Below, one piece after another: positions 12,368 to 25,825 of a stretch of DNA of 64,000 bases. The DNA comes from Squalus acanthias (lineage: Eukaryota), in the NCBI GenBank assembly GCA_030390025.1, contig CM059431.1, positions 120,964,001-121,028,000 on the forward strand. The letters are read 5' to 3'. A program made the position numbers and the translations under genes. The notes beneath the pieces are model-generated. The model was not told the origin of the DNA, did not search any database, and saw nothing but the letters and a program-made list of their open reading frames with translations. Position 1 is the stretch's first letter, and every line of letters starts with the position of its first letter.

Positions 12368-15225
12368 GACAATCAGGAAGGACAGGCAGGAAGGAAGGGG
12401 AGGGGGGGTGGCTATGTTAATAAGGGAAGGAATCACTGTAATACAGATAAATGATACTGGGTCAAAAGATCAGGATAATGAAACAGTTTGGGTAGAGATT
12501 AGGAATAATAAGGGGAAAAAAACACTGGTGGGCATAGTATATAGGCTTCCTAATAGTTGCAACTCTGTTGGAAGAAGTATTAATCAGGAAATAGTTGGGG
12601 CATGTAATAAGGGAACAGCTATAATTATGGGGGATTTTAACTATCATATTAACTGGACAAATCAAATTGGGCAGGGCAGCCTTGAGGAAGAGTTTATTGA
12701 GTATCTTAGGGATGGATTTCTTGAGCAGTATGTAACTGATCCTACAAGGGGGCAAGCAACCTTGGACCTGGTACTGTGTAATGAGTCTGGATTAATTCAT
12801 AATGTCCTAGTTAAGGATCCCCTTGGAATGAGTGACCATAACATGGTTGAATTCCATATCCAATTAGAGGGTGAGAAGGTTGGTTCTCAAACAAGCATAC
12901 TGAGCTTGAATAAAGGAGACTATGATGGCATGAGAGCAGAATTGATTAAAGTGGACTGGGAAAATAGATTAAAGGGTAAGACGGTACATGAGCAGTGGTG
13001 TTCATTCAAGGAGTTATTTTACAACTTTCAAAATAAATATATTCCACTGAGGAAAAAAGGGTGTAAAAGAAATGACAGCCATCCATGGCTAATAAAGAAA
13101 TTAAAGAAAGTATCCAACTAAAAACAAGGACATATAAGGTAGCCAAAGTTAGTGGGAGGATAGAAGATTGGGAAGTCTTCAAAAGACAACAAAAAGTAAC
13201 TAAAGGATTGATTAAGAAAGGGAAAATAGACTATGAAAATAAATTAGCAAAAAATATAAAAACAGATAGCAAGAGTTTCTATAGTTATATAAAAAGAAAA
13301 AGGGTGGTTAAGGCAAACGTAGGTCCCTTGGAGGATGAGACCGGGAAATTAATGGTGGGAAACATGGAGATGGCAAAAATGCTGAACAAATATTTTGTTT
13401 CAGTCTTTATGGTAGAGGACACTAAGAATATCCCAACACTGGACAAACAGGGGGCTCTAGTGGGGGAGGAGCTAAATACGATTAAAATTACTAAGGAATT
13501 GGTACTCAGTAAAATAATGGGACTCAAGGCAGATAAATCCCCTGAACCTGATGGCTTACATCCTAGGGTCTTGAGGGAAGTGGCAGTAGGAATTGTGGAT
13601 GCTTTGGCAATAATTTTCCAAAACTCCCTGAACTCAGCAAAGGTCCCGGCAGATTGGAAAACTGCTAATGTAACACCCTTATTTAAAAAGGGTTGTAGGC
13701 AGAAGGCTGGGAAATATAGACCAGTTAGCCTAACATCTGTGGTGGGTAAAATTTTGGAGTCTATTATTAAGGAGACAGTAATGGAACATTTAGATAAACA
13801 TAATTTCATAGGACAAAGTCAGCATGGCTTTATGAAGGGGAAGTCATGTCTGACAAATTTGCTCGAGTTCTTTGCGGACATAACGTATAGGGTGGATAAA
13901 GAGGAACCAGTGGATGTAGTGTATTTAGACATCCAGAAGGCATTCGACAAGGTGCCACATAAAAGATTATTACTTAAGATAAAAAATCACTGGATTGGGG
14001 GTAATATTCTGGCATGGGTGGAGGATTGGTTATCTAACAGGAAGCAGAGAGTTGGGATAAATGGTTCATTCTCGGACTGGCAACCAGTAGCCAGTGGTGT
14101 TCCGCAGGGGTCGGTGCTGGGTCCCCAACTCTTTACAATCTATATTAATGATTTGGAGGAGGGGACCGAGTGTAACATATCAAAGTTTGCAGATGATACA
14201 AAGATGGGAGGGAAAGTAGAGAGTGAGGAGGACGTAAAAAACCTACAAGGGGATATAGACAGGCTGGGTGAGTGGGCAGAGATTTGGCAGATGCAATACA
14301 ATATTGGAAAATGTGAGGTTATGCACTTTGGCAGGAAAAATCAGAGAGCAAGTTATTATCTTAATGGCGAGAAACTGGAAAGTACTGCAGTACAAAGGGA
14401 TCTGGGGGTCTTGGTGCAAGAAAATCAAAAAGTTAGTATGCAGGTGCAGCAGGTGATCAAGAAAGCCAATGGAATGTTGGCTTTTATTGCTAGGGGGATA
14501 GAATATAAAAACAGGGAGGTATTGCTGCAGTTGTATAGGGTATTGGTGAGACCGCACCTGGAGTACTGCATACAGTTTTGGTGTCCATACTTAAGAAAAG
14601 ACATACTTGCTCTCGAGGCAGTACAAAGAAGGTACACTCGGTTAATTCCGGGGATGAGGGAGTGGACATACGAGGAGAGGTTGAGTAGATTGGGACTCTA
14701 CTCATTGGAGTTCAGAAGAATGAGAGGCGATCTTATTGAAACATATAAGATTGTGAAGGGGCTTGATCGGGTGGACGCGGTGAGGATGTTCCCAATGATG
14801 GGTGAAACTAGAACTAGGGGACATAATCTTAGAATAAGGGGCTCCTCTTTGAAAACTGAGATGAGGAGAAACTTTTTCACTCAGAGGGTAGTAGGTCTGT
14901 GGAATTTGCTACCCCAGGAAGCTGTGGAAGCTACTTCATTAAATAAATTTAAAACAGAAATAGACCGTTTCCTAGAAGTAAAGGGAATCAGGGGTTACAG
15001 GGAGCGGGCTGGAAATTGGACATGAGTTTGAGTTCGGATCGGTCAAGGCCCTGTGGGTGGCGGAGCGGGCCCAGGGACCGAGTGGCCTGGTCCTTCTCCT
15101 GCTTCTTGTGTTCTTTAGAGTTGAGGTTGGATCAGATCAGCCATGATCTCATTGAATGGCGGAGCAGGCTCGAGGGGCCGATTGGTCTACTCCTGCTCAT
15201 ATTTCTTATGTTCTTATGTTCTTAT
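12368..15225 (+). mobile_element. CR1 LINE with near-complete ORF2 (APE endonuclease plus RT); one frameshift at about 13091
   Basis: APE motifs GGGVA, MGDFN and SDH in 12204-13121. RT in 13085-15025 (646 aa) with GVPQGS and FADD. (TTCTTATG)n tail. Confidence 0.92.
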
Positions 15226-17489
15226 CCCCCCCCCATCATTTTACACCACTCCCATGAGATCAGTGGGTGGGATTTCCTGCAGTAGCTGCATGTAAACAGC
15301 TCCTGGTGCCTACGATTTGGAGCGGCCTTTAGGGGATTGGGCAAAGAGGATACCGCTGAACAAAATCAGTCATCAAAGGCCCAGCAATTCAAGGAAATGT
15401 AGGCTGGATTGTGCTAGTGCAAGGTCAGGGAATCCAAGGAAAAAGAATATTGGCCCGTTACTTCAGTGCCCATTGTTAAAGAGCACTGTGTGTTGTTCAG
15501 GACTTGATCCTCATTCAAATATATTCTGGACTCTTAACGTGACTCATGCAGAGCTTATAGCAATTTTGGCATGCACTGGGGAATGTGGAGAGCATCAGAG
15601 GCATGGTTGACCATCGGCTTCAGCACAACAGGCATTGGCTATCCTATTATCAGCACTATTGTGTGTTCCTTTGTAGAATGTTCCTATCATTACAAAACAG
15701 TCAGTCCTCTGACTCAGCATGAACAATGTCACAGGAGTTGTAAATAAAACAAAGTATCTCTTGGTGATTTTAAGACAAAAGTCCAATTTTGACCTTGGCT
15801 TTTATGCTTTAAGAGGTCATCTGATCTATTTGTATGGATTACTGCCTTATAGCACACTGAGAAATAGACAGTAACCTCTATATACCTGTCGTTTACCCAC
15901 ACTCTTATTCACTAACATTCAGCATTCATTTTCCAGGAAAATGGTGAACAAGTATTTTGTTAGAAAGCCTCTATATCCTTTTCTTACAGCTGAAATCTCT
16001 AAAGATCTTTAATTTTACCCAATTACTTAAAGGGGTGCAGATAATACAAACATCATGGTTCTACAGAGATTTTAGCTGACACATTAAACTTGCTTTGATG
16101 TAACCTATACATTTCCTACTGCCAGGTTCAGATTAATGCTGCTCAAAATTTGCAATGTAGAAGCCAATATTTATATTTATTATAGTCTGTTTGAGTGAGA
16201 TGGCCTGATTTAGTTCATAAAACATAAAAACAGAGTAACATAAAACAGTACCATTGCATAAAGAATTAGTGAGGCAATACTTGGGAGCAAACAGGAAATA
16301 TAACTTCAATCAGAAACCAACGGCAACTGTGTGGCCATGTCTATCTTTAACTTTTCCATGGAAACTCTTGTAAATCTGGCTGCTGTCATGAAAATCTAAA
16401 TAAAAGGTGGGCCACTGGAGGAAAACCACTTGCTCAAGTGGAGCTAAGTGCACAAAAGACACGGCCTTTCAGGTATTACATGGCAGTTTGAAGATTAATG
16501 TTACATATTGAAGCACAGGCCACCCATTCAGCATTTTGTTTGCTTAGCAGAGGTCATGTTTGACCTGCTGTAATACCTGTGTTGACCCAGGAAGCTATGG
16601 GCTGGATTTTGCCGGCGCTCAGAGGTCAGGTTTGGAGGCAGGTCAGCTGTCAAAATAGCAAAGATTGACAGCGGGTAGAAAACCCGCTGTCAACCTGCCT
16701 CCACGTGAGTCTCCCAGTTGTCGGATCTGTCTGCACAGAACAGTCTCGACACCAAACGGCGGGAGAGACAACTTAGATCATTAAATGGCTTGTTAACAGC
16801 CAATTTAATGCTATTTTGAGCCAACCGTCCAATTTTACGTGCTCCCCCATGGGTTACCCGCTGCTCGGGCAACATACCAGCTCACCGTGTCGTGATTTGA
16901 GTCTGCTTTGATTTATCTGATTACCTGACAGCTGCAGATGTGGTATAAAGTTGGTTACTGCATTTGTAAGACATATAGGGGGAAAAATTCAGTTGGTTGC
17001 GCCTCCCGTTAGCGCCTTAAGAGGGCGCTAATGGGGCGCAATGCAACTAGCGCCTGGGCGCAGCGATGTTTGCGCCGCTCGCGAAATTAACTGGACATTT
17101 TGCGGTGGCGCTAAACTTTACCGCCGCGATCTCCTGCGCACGCAGATCTTGACGTCATACGAGGGTGCAACGCCCTTGTGGCGCCCCGGAGCGGAAATTG
17201 AGTGGCGCCCCCATCCTTTCCGCCTGGCGCAACCAACGACCGGAAGACTGGAACGCTCCCAGTCGCTGTGGGGCTGGGGGGGCGCTATTTAAAGGGGGCC
17301 TCTTCCTGTCTTTCTCTGTGGTTGACATTTTTGCACCACTCGTTCTGAGAGAGAGAGAGAGAGATTCGGAGAGAGAGAAACTGAGACTTCTGCATTGAGT
17401 CAACGCTGTGTGAGGTAGTTTTGGCTACTGATCATAACTTTGCAGGTACTTTGGTTTTTGGCCTTCATAACTTTGATTGCCAAGAGACT

Positions 17490-18651
17490 GTGGGGGCTGC
17501 ACTGATTGGGGGCGTCGTCCTGCACCACCAGAATCGGAGGACACAGAGACGCAGAGAGAGAGTGGCAATCATGGCCAGATTGAGGAGGGCCAACAGGCCT
17601 CTGTACAGGAGACCTTACCCTCCCAGGGTATATCGCCAACAATTCACATATATTAACATGTCTGAGGAGCAGTGTTTCCGAAGGCTGCGCTTCAGCAAGG
17701 AGGTGGTCACTGAGCTCTGCCACCTGCTGCAGCCAGATCTGCAGCCTCAACTGAGGTCCAGGATGTCTCTGTCGGTGGCAGTGAAGATCACAGTGGCTCT
17801 GAACTTTTATGCCACTGGCTCATTTCAAGCTGCTACTGGGGGACATCGCCAATATCTCCCAGTTCGCGGTGCATTGCTGCATCCGTCAGGTCACAAATGC
17901 CCTCTTTAAAAGGAGACGAGAGTACATCTCTTTCCCCATGACCCCAGAAAAGCAGCAAGAACGCGCAATGGGCTTTGCTAGGATAGCGGGCTTCCCCATG
18001 GTGCAGGGCGCCATTGACTGCACGCATGTGGCTTTGCGTGCTCCGCATGAGAATGCCGAGGATTTCCGCAACAGAAAGGGGTTCCCTTCCTTGAACGTTC
18101 AGTTGGTCTGTGACCACAGACAGCTGATACTCGCTGTCAATGCCCACTATCCTGGCAGCTGCCACGATGCATTCATCCTGCGCCAGACTACTGTGGCAGA
18201 ACTTTTCCAGGCACCGCATCAACCAGTTGGTTGGCTTCTTGGGGACAAGGGATATCCACTGAGCACCTGGCTGATGACACCGCTCCGTACGCCCAACACC
18301 CCTGCTGAGCTGCGGTACAACGAGAGCCATCAAGCTACCAGGAACATCGTTGAGCACACAATCGGCGTGCTCAAGCAACGGTTCCGCTGTCTCGACCATT
18401 CTGGAGGAGCCCTGCAGTACTCGCCTGAGCGAGTTTCCCACTTCGTAGTTGTGTGCTGCATGCTGCATAACCTGGCAATCCTCAGGACCCAGCCAATGCC
18501 ACCAGGCCTTGGAGCACCACCAGAGGAGGAGGAGGAAGAGGAGGAGGAAGAGGAGGAGGATGATCATCAGCAGCACCAAGGCGGGAGGGAGGCCTACAAT
18601 GTAGAAACTGGAAGGGCCGTCCGTCAACGGCTGATAGCAAGCCGCTTCTAG
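17490..18651 (+). pseudogene. Harbinger transposase with a single +1 frameshift in the G5 run at 17838-17842; start uncertain
   Basis: ORFs 17421-17909 and 17809-18651 join at ATG.DI. Intact GAIDCTHV, CHDAFIL, LLGDKGY and IVEHTIG (DDE triad). Confidence 0.85.
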
Positions 18652-18950
18652 GCCCCTGCTGAGGAAATGGCTTCTGCCATTGAGAACAACATGAATGAAA
18701 CCAACCCGCAACCCCTAAGCCGGCCAAGGCACCAATGATTCCAAAGACCAAACATGTATATTTTGAATACAAAAACTTATTTATTTCACAAACTCTGTGT
18801 GTGTCATTTCCTCATGACAAACTAATAGAAAGAAACACAAAAACACAGTCATTAACATAACTGGTTCTCATAACCTGGAGATAATGTTCAAAAGTTTGAC
18901 CACGAACCTTAGCCTTTAATAAAAAAATGACCAACATTTTGTCACCGCTC

Positions 18951-20823
18951 CTACTTTTTGCCCTTCGAGGGTGATCTCCTTCCCTTGCGCACTTCCCCCC
19001 TTCCCACCCTACTGCTCCTCCGTAATGGGACCTCAGTGGCTGCAGCAAGGCTGGTGGAAGGCTGCTGATTGTCAGAACCTGAGACTGCAGATGCCCTTGA
19101 AGGACAGCCTCGACCAGCTCTGGGCCTGGAGGGCCCGGCTGCAGACTGCACCAACTCTGCATGGGCGGCAGCAGTCTGTCCTACAGGCGGTGGCAAGTGC
19201 AGTGGAGAAGTGACAGTGGTGGCAGCAGGAATGCTGTCATCTTGAGAGAGGACAGCAACTCCCTGCTCGAACGACACACTGGCACTCCCACGGGGCAGCA
19301 CCTCAGCATCCGGAGCAATCTGCTGGAGCACAGATTGCTGGCCTGCTGCGGTGCGGTGAGAGCCCTGGGGAAATGTATACAAACCATCGAGGTTGGCAGC
19401 AGTCAGTGCTTGCGTGACCTCAATCTGAGTCTGCATGACAGCAGTCAGAGATGGGATCACGGCAGCCAGTGACTGAATTGCAGCACTAAGCTTTAGTGTG
19501 GCATCCGCCTGTGCTACAGCGAAGTGCTCCACACTCCTTGCCAGTGATTCAATGCATTCGAGCACCCTTCCCACTGCACCCATGAGCTCAGTGTGCATGT
19601 CCACCACCTGGGTGTTCATTTCAGCGATGAGCCGCTCCTCCTCTGCGTCCAGTGCAGTAGGAGTCGCTGGCATACTCTCCCTCGGGGGAGAAGGCCCCCG
19701 TTCTTCCGTACCCCCATGGCGTTGCTGCAGCCCGCTGGGTCCTGGAGCTTCACCCTCATCAGACCCTTCCCCCCTGCTCCCCTCCAGGGACGGCGTGTTC
19801 CCAGTGTGGGCATGGGCTTCCTCGGGAGAGGGTGGCACTGATGCTCCGCCTTCATCTTGCTCCTCGGCTGCAGCTTCACTCCCACTGGCAGCTTGAAGGC
19901 CCGTCTCCTCAGCTGGTGAATCACCATCTGAAAGCAGGGAGGTACAAGAGTGGCTTTAGCGTGAGGACAGGGTGGCAGTAAGGGAGGGATAAGTGCAGCG
20001 ATTTAGTAAGTTGGATTGAAAGTGTCAAAGGCTGGTGTTGTGAGGGACAAGTGGAAGGACAGAGGACAAAAAGGTGATGACCTTACCATTGCTGTCCAGA
20101 ACGGGGTCGGCGTCTCCAGTGGCGACGGGACTGATCACCCGGCTTGCCACAATCCTGTGGACACGCGCCTCAAGATCGCTGAGGGGTTGCAGCTGAGGCC
20201 GCCCTCCACCCGTCCGTTGGTGCTGTTTCCTATTATGAGATAGCTTGGCCTGCAAGAAAAAGGACGGCGTCTGAGTAAATATACAGCCATGGACTTGCCT
20301 GATGTGCCTACCATAGGTGAATAGCCCTTACTGTATGCAGCCATGGACTTGCCTGATGTGCCTCCCATAGGTGAATGGCCCTCACTGTATGCAGCCATGG
20401 TCTTGCCTGATGTGCCTCCCATATGTGAATGGCCCTTACTGTATGCAAAGTGTGGAATGTGCGTGTGTGTTTCATGAGAGGGCCATAGGTGTTGGATGAG
20501 TGTTGTGCATTGGGGTTTTAAGACCCTCTGGCCATAGAGTGAGGTTGAGATGGAGGGATGGAGAGGTATTGAAAAAAAGGCACTCACCCTGACGATCCGA
20601 GTGAGGTCGTTGAACTTTTTTCGACATTGTATATGGGTCCTGGGCACCATGCTCCTGGAGGAGACGCTCTGAGCCACCTCCCTCCACACTCTTCTGTACA
20701 CGCGCGGCAAAGGCCTCCTGCCACTCTCAGGGAAGAGTATAGATCTTCTGCGTCCACCACGCCAACCAGAGCCTCCAAGGCCCGCTCACTGAAGCGCTGA
20801 GCTTGTTCTCTCACCCTCTCCAT
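18951..20823 (-). pseudogene. Harbinger Myb/SANT-like gene, 3 exons, one frameshift near 20753
   Basis: MERVREQAQRFS...W.EVA...RTHIQCRKKFNDL; GTGAGT donor at about 20587; exon 2 AKLSHNRKQHQRTGGGRP; exon 3 acidic/coiled-coil ending RRSSR...KGKK. Confidence 0.8.
20284..20445. repeat. 54-bp tandem repeat x3 in intron 1 of the Myb-like gene
   Basis: Units CAGCCATGGACTTGCCTGATGTGCCT...ACTGTATG start at 20284, 20338 and 20392. Confidence 0.9.
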
Positions 20824-21187
20824 AGTCCTTGGCTGGAAGATTTAGGCACAGATCTCTCCAGGCCGAGATTCAAGGCTCCAATGAGCAGGGTGTGGCTGGA
20901 GAGCAAGATCGAACCTCCCCTTTAAGAACTGTCCAGCGCCAGTGTGTCTCTGTTCCATCGCTAACTGACAGCACCTGCGCAGCACCCGCGCTCTGAGTTA
21001 GCGCCTCGCTCCTCGGCCTTTTGCGCCTTAAGACAGGTGTGTAGCGCCTGATTTAGCGCTCCAATCACCTCCAGGGGCGATAAAAGTCAAGTTTGCAGTC
21101 GGTGGCGATAATTAGCGCCAGGCGCTAATCTTTGCGCCCGGCCGATAATTGCGGTCCAAATGGGGCGATACTGAATTTCTCCCCATA

Positions 21188-22720
21188 GGGGGCTAAATTT
21201 GGTTGATTTGCGCCTCCCGTTAGAGCCCTAAGAGGGCGCTAACGGGGCGCAAATCAACTAGTGCCTGGGCGCGGCGCTGCTAACGCTTCCCGTGTAATTC
21301 AGTGGGTGGTTAGCGGCGGCGCTAACCGTTAGCGCCGCCGCCGATGACGTCATCACCATGCGCAGCACCCCGCTCGCGCCCTGGCTATAATATTGGGTGG
21401 CGCCCCCCCAACTTACCGCCAGACGCTATGTCCACCGCGGTCAGGGGGGCCTACCTGCAGCCGGGACGGCGCTAGTTAAAGGGGAGGTGGCGGGTGGCCA
21501 TTTTTGTTGCTGGCCTCCTGCCAGCACCTGCCCCCGTTGCTGTCCCCGGCCCCTGTGAAGCCCCCCCGCAGGGTGCCGGCTGCTCTCCGTGAGCCCGGCA
21601 CTCCTCTTGAGTGCCGGGCTCATTTGCCGGCATTCCCGATCCCTGGTGGCCCAGCTGGGCGCCGGGATGCAATTCGCCAGGCCTCTCCTCTTAAATAAGT
21701 GGAGGACGGCCTGCAGTACCGCGGCACGTAGCGCCACGATATTGACTCACTGCGCTCCCAGAGGGATGCAGTGTGCTTCCAGTAGTGCCCCTCCTCCCAC
21801 TCGGGGCACTACCTTGGAAAATCAGCCGCAGCGGCGCTAACTTTTTCGGGGCGCTAAAATTAGCACCCATTGGAACAACCTCTTTCACCATTCACGGATT
21901 TGCTTCTGTCATCTCTCTGTCGCCTGCCATCTATTACATCAGAATGGGTACGGTTTATACTCTCTCACCTTGGTCCTCAGAATCTGACCACGATCAGCCC
22001 CAACACCAGCAGCACCAGGCACACCAGCAGCACCAACAACAACACCAACCTTTTCCACCATCACCTCATGCTGCACAGGACACAGGACATCAGCACCCGA
22101 CCACATTGCTGCCTGAGACGCCAAGGATGGCCTCACCATGGCCACATTTACTTCACTTGATGCTGTACACCCTAGCTGCCACCTGATGTGCCAGGTTGGC
22201 ATCACCCCACACAAAACCATAAAGCATCCCCACAATGCCCAAGCCATTCCTTTCACACTCATGACCATTGAGGGGGGTACCGTTATGTCTCACCATTCAC
22301 TGCAACTCACTAAGCCACTTCCGAAGGTGCACACTAATCTGTCCAATAACGCAAAGTGTTGAAAATAAAGATTTCAATGTTTGACAGCACATTAACAGAA
22401 ACATCACATGAACATTGGCTAAAGCACACAAGTGCCTACCCTTGTGTGTTGTTAGCTGGTATGATTGGACTAGGATGAGCGTGAGTGTGAGGGGTAGCTA
22501 ATGAGATGGGGAAGTGATAATGTAGACAGAGAGGGATGGGTGGAGGTGCAAGGTAAGCTGGTGTGAGTAAGGATGTGCAGGAATAGGGTAGGGAAGGCAG
22601 AGTGATGGGGATGTAATGAGAGGCACAGCAGGATGAGGTTGAGTGTGGCTTTACAGTAATGTTTTGTGATCTACTGAGATCATTAAAACGTTTGCGCCAC
22701 TGCAGAGGAATTCATCCCCA
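21188..22720 (+). mobile_element. Internally deleted Harbinger-related element abutting Harbinger 2; right end approximate
   Basis: The 5' end GGGGGCTAAATTTGG...TGCGCCTCCCGTTAG resembles that of 16978. It has a Q/H-rich transposase-like N-terminus (about 21940-22100) and a QWRKRFNDL remnant on the minus strand near 22680. Confidence 0.6.
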
Positions 22721-24572
22721 CCCCCCACCCCCCACCACTGTTGACTGACATTTACTTGAAACAGTGCCACAAAATGCTAATGTGACCTTTATTTGAATAG
22801 TTTGGTCGTGGTGGACTCAAAATGTCTTTGAGCTCATAATGGTTTGTTAGATTTGCAGCCCTCTGTGCTCTGTGAGCCTTTGAGGTAAATTCGACAAGTT
22901 AACTTGCTTGACATGGAGCCTTACTCAATGTAATGGCAGCTTAGACAATCAGGCACAGAGGTCAGCACACCCAATTCATGCTCCTCCTGATCTTCTTGTC
23001 ATTAAAATTAATAGCAGGAAAATTGGGAGGGCTGTGAATTGGATTCACTGCCGATTTTCCAAACTGCATCCTGTTGCGTAAGGATTTGTGTCAGGAGTAA
23101 TAACTCATAAAACTTACCCCTGCATCTCTTGATAATCTCTGATCCAGTAAAACCATGGCTCCAGGGACAAACACAGCTTACTGAGATTTATTACTTTCCT
23201 TCTTTGGAGGATGAGTCATCCTTTGTAAAAGGAATATTCTGTTTTATTTCTTCTATTTCTTAGGTTGAGCACCTTCCAAATTGACAAGATTAGTGGCTGT
23301 TCCCAGGCTTTAAGCTGAGGTCATTGTGAATCCAGACTCGAGGAGATGTCTGTCAGTGGCCCAGGGTGCTCCTTACTCCAATTGCCCTCATTCCTGTGAA
23401 ACTGAGTGCAAGGAGGAGTCCAGATATGGACCACACCTCTCAGTGATGAAATGTGTTGGGCTATTGGGCCTCCTAGAGTCTAGATATAGGAGCAAAGCTG
23501 CTCCTGTCCCGTACACAATCAGAAAATTTAGGCTATATTGTCACTTCTGCATCAGTTCAAAGCTGTTTTACCCTGCTTGGGCTTGAGACCATACTTAACA
23601 CTGCATGCAGTATAACTCCAGTGCTGTGTCAAATTGGGTTTCAAAAGTTTCAAGGAATCCTATGGAGCTCTGAGGCAGTTCACAAATTTAAACAAAGACT
23701 TTGAAATGTTTTGAGAGCCTTATTCCTGTCCGGCAGGGAACAGACCAATGTATACAAACACACACACAGTTCTTTCATGGTGGCAGGAGTGTAATTCAAA
23801 GCAACAGGTATTAAACAACAACTACTTGCATTTATACAGCGCCTTTAAAAAAGTAAAATATCCCAAGGTGCTTCATAGGAGCATAATCAGACAAACAATT
23901 GACATGATATCAGTAGTCTTGCTGGTTGTTGAAACATTCTCTGTAGCTAGTGCAGTATTACTGCAACCTTAGTGAGCAATCATTTTCAAAATTCTAACCC
24001 ACGTTTACACAGATCCTGCTTTCCAATCAAAAACACTGTTTTTACTGCAAAAACTAAAGCAAAATTAATTTATCTGCTGTTGTCTTTGATATTACTACCC
24101 GGTGCGCTCTGTCAATATTATAATTGCGCCTGCAGTTTTGACAAGAGAAATTTCAGCTAGGAATGCAGAAACTACAGATGGTACTGATTGTTTTTTTTTT
24201 AATTCATTCTCGGGATATGGGGGTTGATGGCATTTATTGCTCATCCCTAGTTGACCTCAGAAGGTGGTGGTAGGCCTTCTTCTTGAACTGTTGCAGTATT
24301 TTTTGTAGCCTTTCAAGGCCACTTCAGAGGACTGTTAATAGTCAACCACTTTTTGTGATCTCTTAAAATCCTTATATCCACCATTGTATGATTTATTTTT
24401 TTCCTGTAATTTTCATGCAGCTTAATGTAAAGGAAGTCACTTTTTAAAACCCTTTGCCAGAATCAAACAATATAGAATGGTTTAGATGTAAGATAAGTCT
24501 ACCATGCCCCAGTAATTGTTCTTCATTCTAAATTCAGAAGAGCACCTTTTAATACATTTGTCTGAAATCATT

Positions 24573-25306
24573 GGGCCAGAATTTGCTGCCAAAATTACGA
24601 CGCGTTTAATGCCGTTCTAAATGTTTAAATCAGCCAGCATTGTGGCGTGGAAGAAATACCTTTTTAATTGCGAATTGCCACAAGTTGCTGGACGAATTGT
24701 GCCACTCGCGGTTAGCCTCACAAGAGCGGCATCTCACCGTTAACTCCCGGTGAGTTTCAAAAATTGTTGCATTTGCGCATTAATTGGCAATTAAATTCGC
24801 CGCAGAAAGTTAAGGCTGCTACTTAACAGCGTAAGTACCTTTTTAATGATGAGATTTATGTTCGTGCAATGCCACTCCACCTCTCCAGCCCAGATAGGAA
24901 ACAATTGAAACTGTGGTGTGTCATTCCTACAGGTAGTAAATTGTTGTTAGAGATTTTTTAAATGTAAAGTAAATTTTTTTCTTACTTTTCCTTTCCGTCT
25001 CTTTTTTTCTCTCTCTCAGTCCAATCTTTCTTTCTCCCTCTTTATTTTTCTTTCTGTACCTGATTTGACTCTAATTCACGCTATTATTTCCTTTTCCAAT
25101 GATTCTCTGTTTCTTTCTCAATCCTTAAATCTCATTGGTTAAGGAGATAGACTGTTGGTCCCATCATATAACAAGTTCCCAGATGCCCCATTGTCCTTGT
25201 CACACTGTTATTAACTCGCACTTCCAGCAACTTGCAGCGCAAAAAGTTTTCGAGCTGAAGGGGGAGGGGAAAAGTTTAACGGGGCACACCCAGCAAATTC
25301 TGGGCC
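24573..25306. mobile_element. Harbinger-type MITE
   Basis: TIRs GGGCCAGAATTTGCTG / CAGCAAATTCTGGGCC. Confidence 0.7.
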
Positions 25307-25504
25307 AATATTTCACCAATCCATACAGACCAATGGTCAGTGTTTCAATATGTTAGTCAACACTTCAACTAAAATGTCAGCTTGCTATCATTCCACAAAA
25401 TACAAATTCACTGGGATTAGTGGTTGCCAGTATCAACCAATCCAATCAGTTGAAAGACAGGATTGGATACTATTAAAACCAATTAGAGTTTGAGACGAGA
25501 GTAA

Positions 25505-25825
25505 AAAGAAAGGAAAGACTTGCATTTATATAGTGGCTTTCACGACCTCAGGATGTCCAAAGCACTTTACAACCAATGAAGTACTTTGGAATTATAGTCA
25601 TTGTAGTAATGTAGGAAAGCGCAGCAGCCAATTTGCACACAGCAAGCTCCCGCAAACAGCAATGTGATAATGACCAGATCATTTCTTTGTTTTAGTCAAG
25701 TTGATTGAGGGATAAATATTGGCCGGGACACTGGGGAGGACTCCCCTGTTCTTCTTCGAAATAGTGCCAATGGATCTTTTACGTCCACCTGAGAGAGCAG
25801 ACATCTAACATCTCATCCGAAAGAC
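25505..25825 (-). mobile_element. DeuSINE-like SINE, partial
   Basis: Homologous to 660-997. Confidence 0.75.

Larger units (their letters stand above)
16978..21184 (+). mobile_element. Full-length PIF/Harbinger DNA transposon 2
   Basis: TIRs GGGG(G)AAAAATTCAG / CTGAATTTCTCCCC with ATA on both flanks, TAGCGCC-rich subterminal repeats, and convergent transposase and Myb-like genes. Confidence 0.88.

Noticed and set aside
17833..18711. 292-aa antisense ORF, and similar shadow ORFs over the transposases, env and LINEs
   Set aside because: They are antisense to GC-rich real coding sequence and have no domain features.
20284..20445. Regular repeats as a CRISPR-like array
   Set aside because: Head-to-tail 54-bp units with no unique spacers, inside a transposon intron in eukaryotic DNA.
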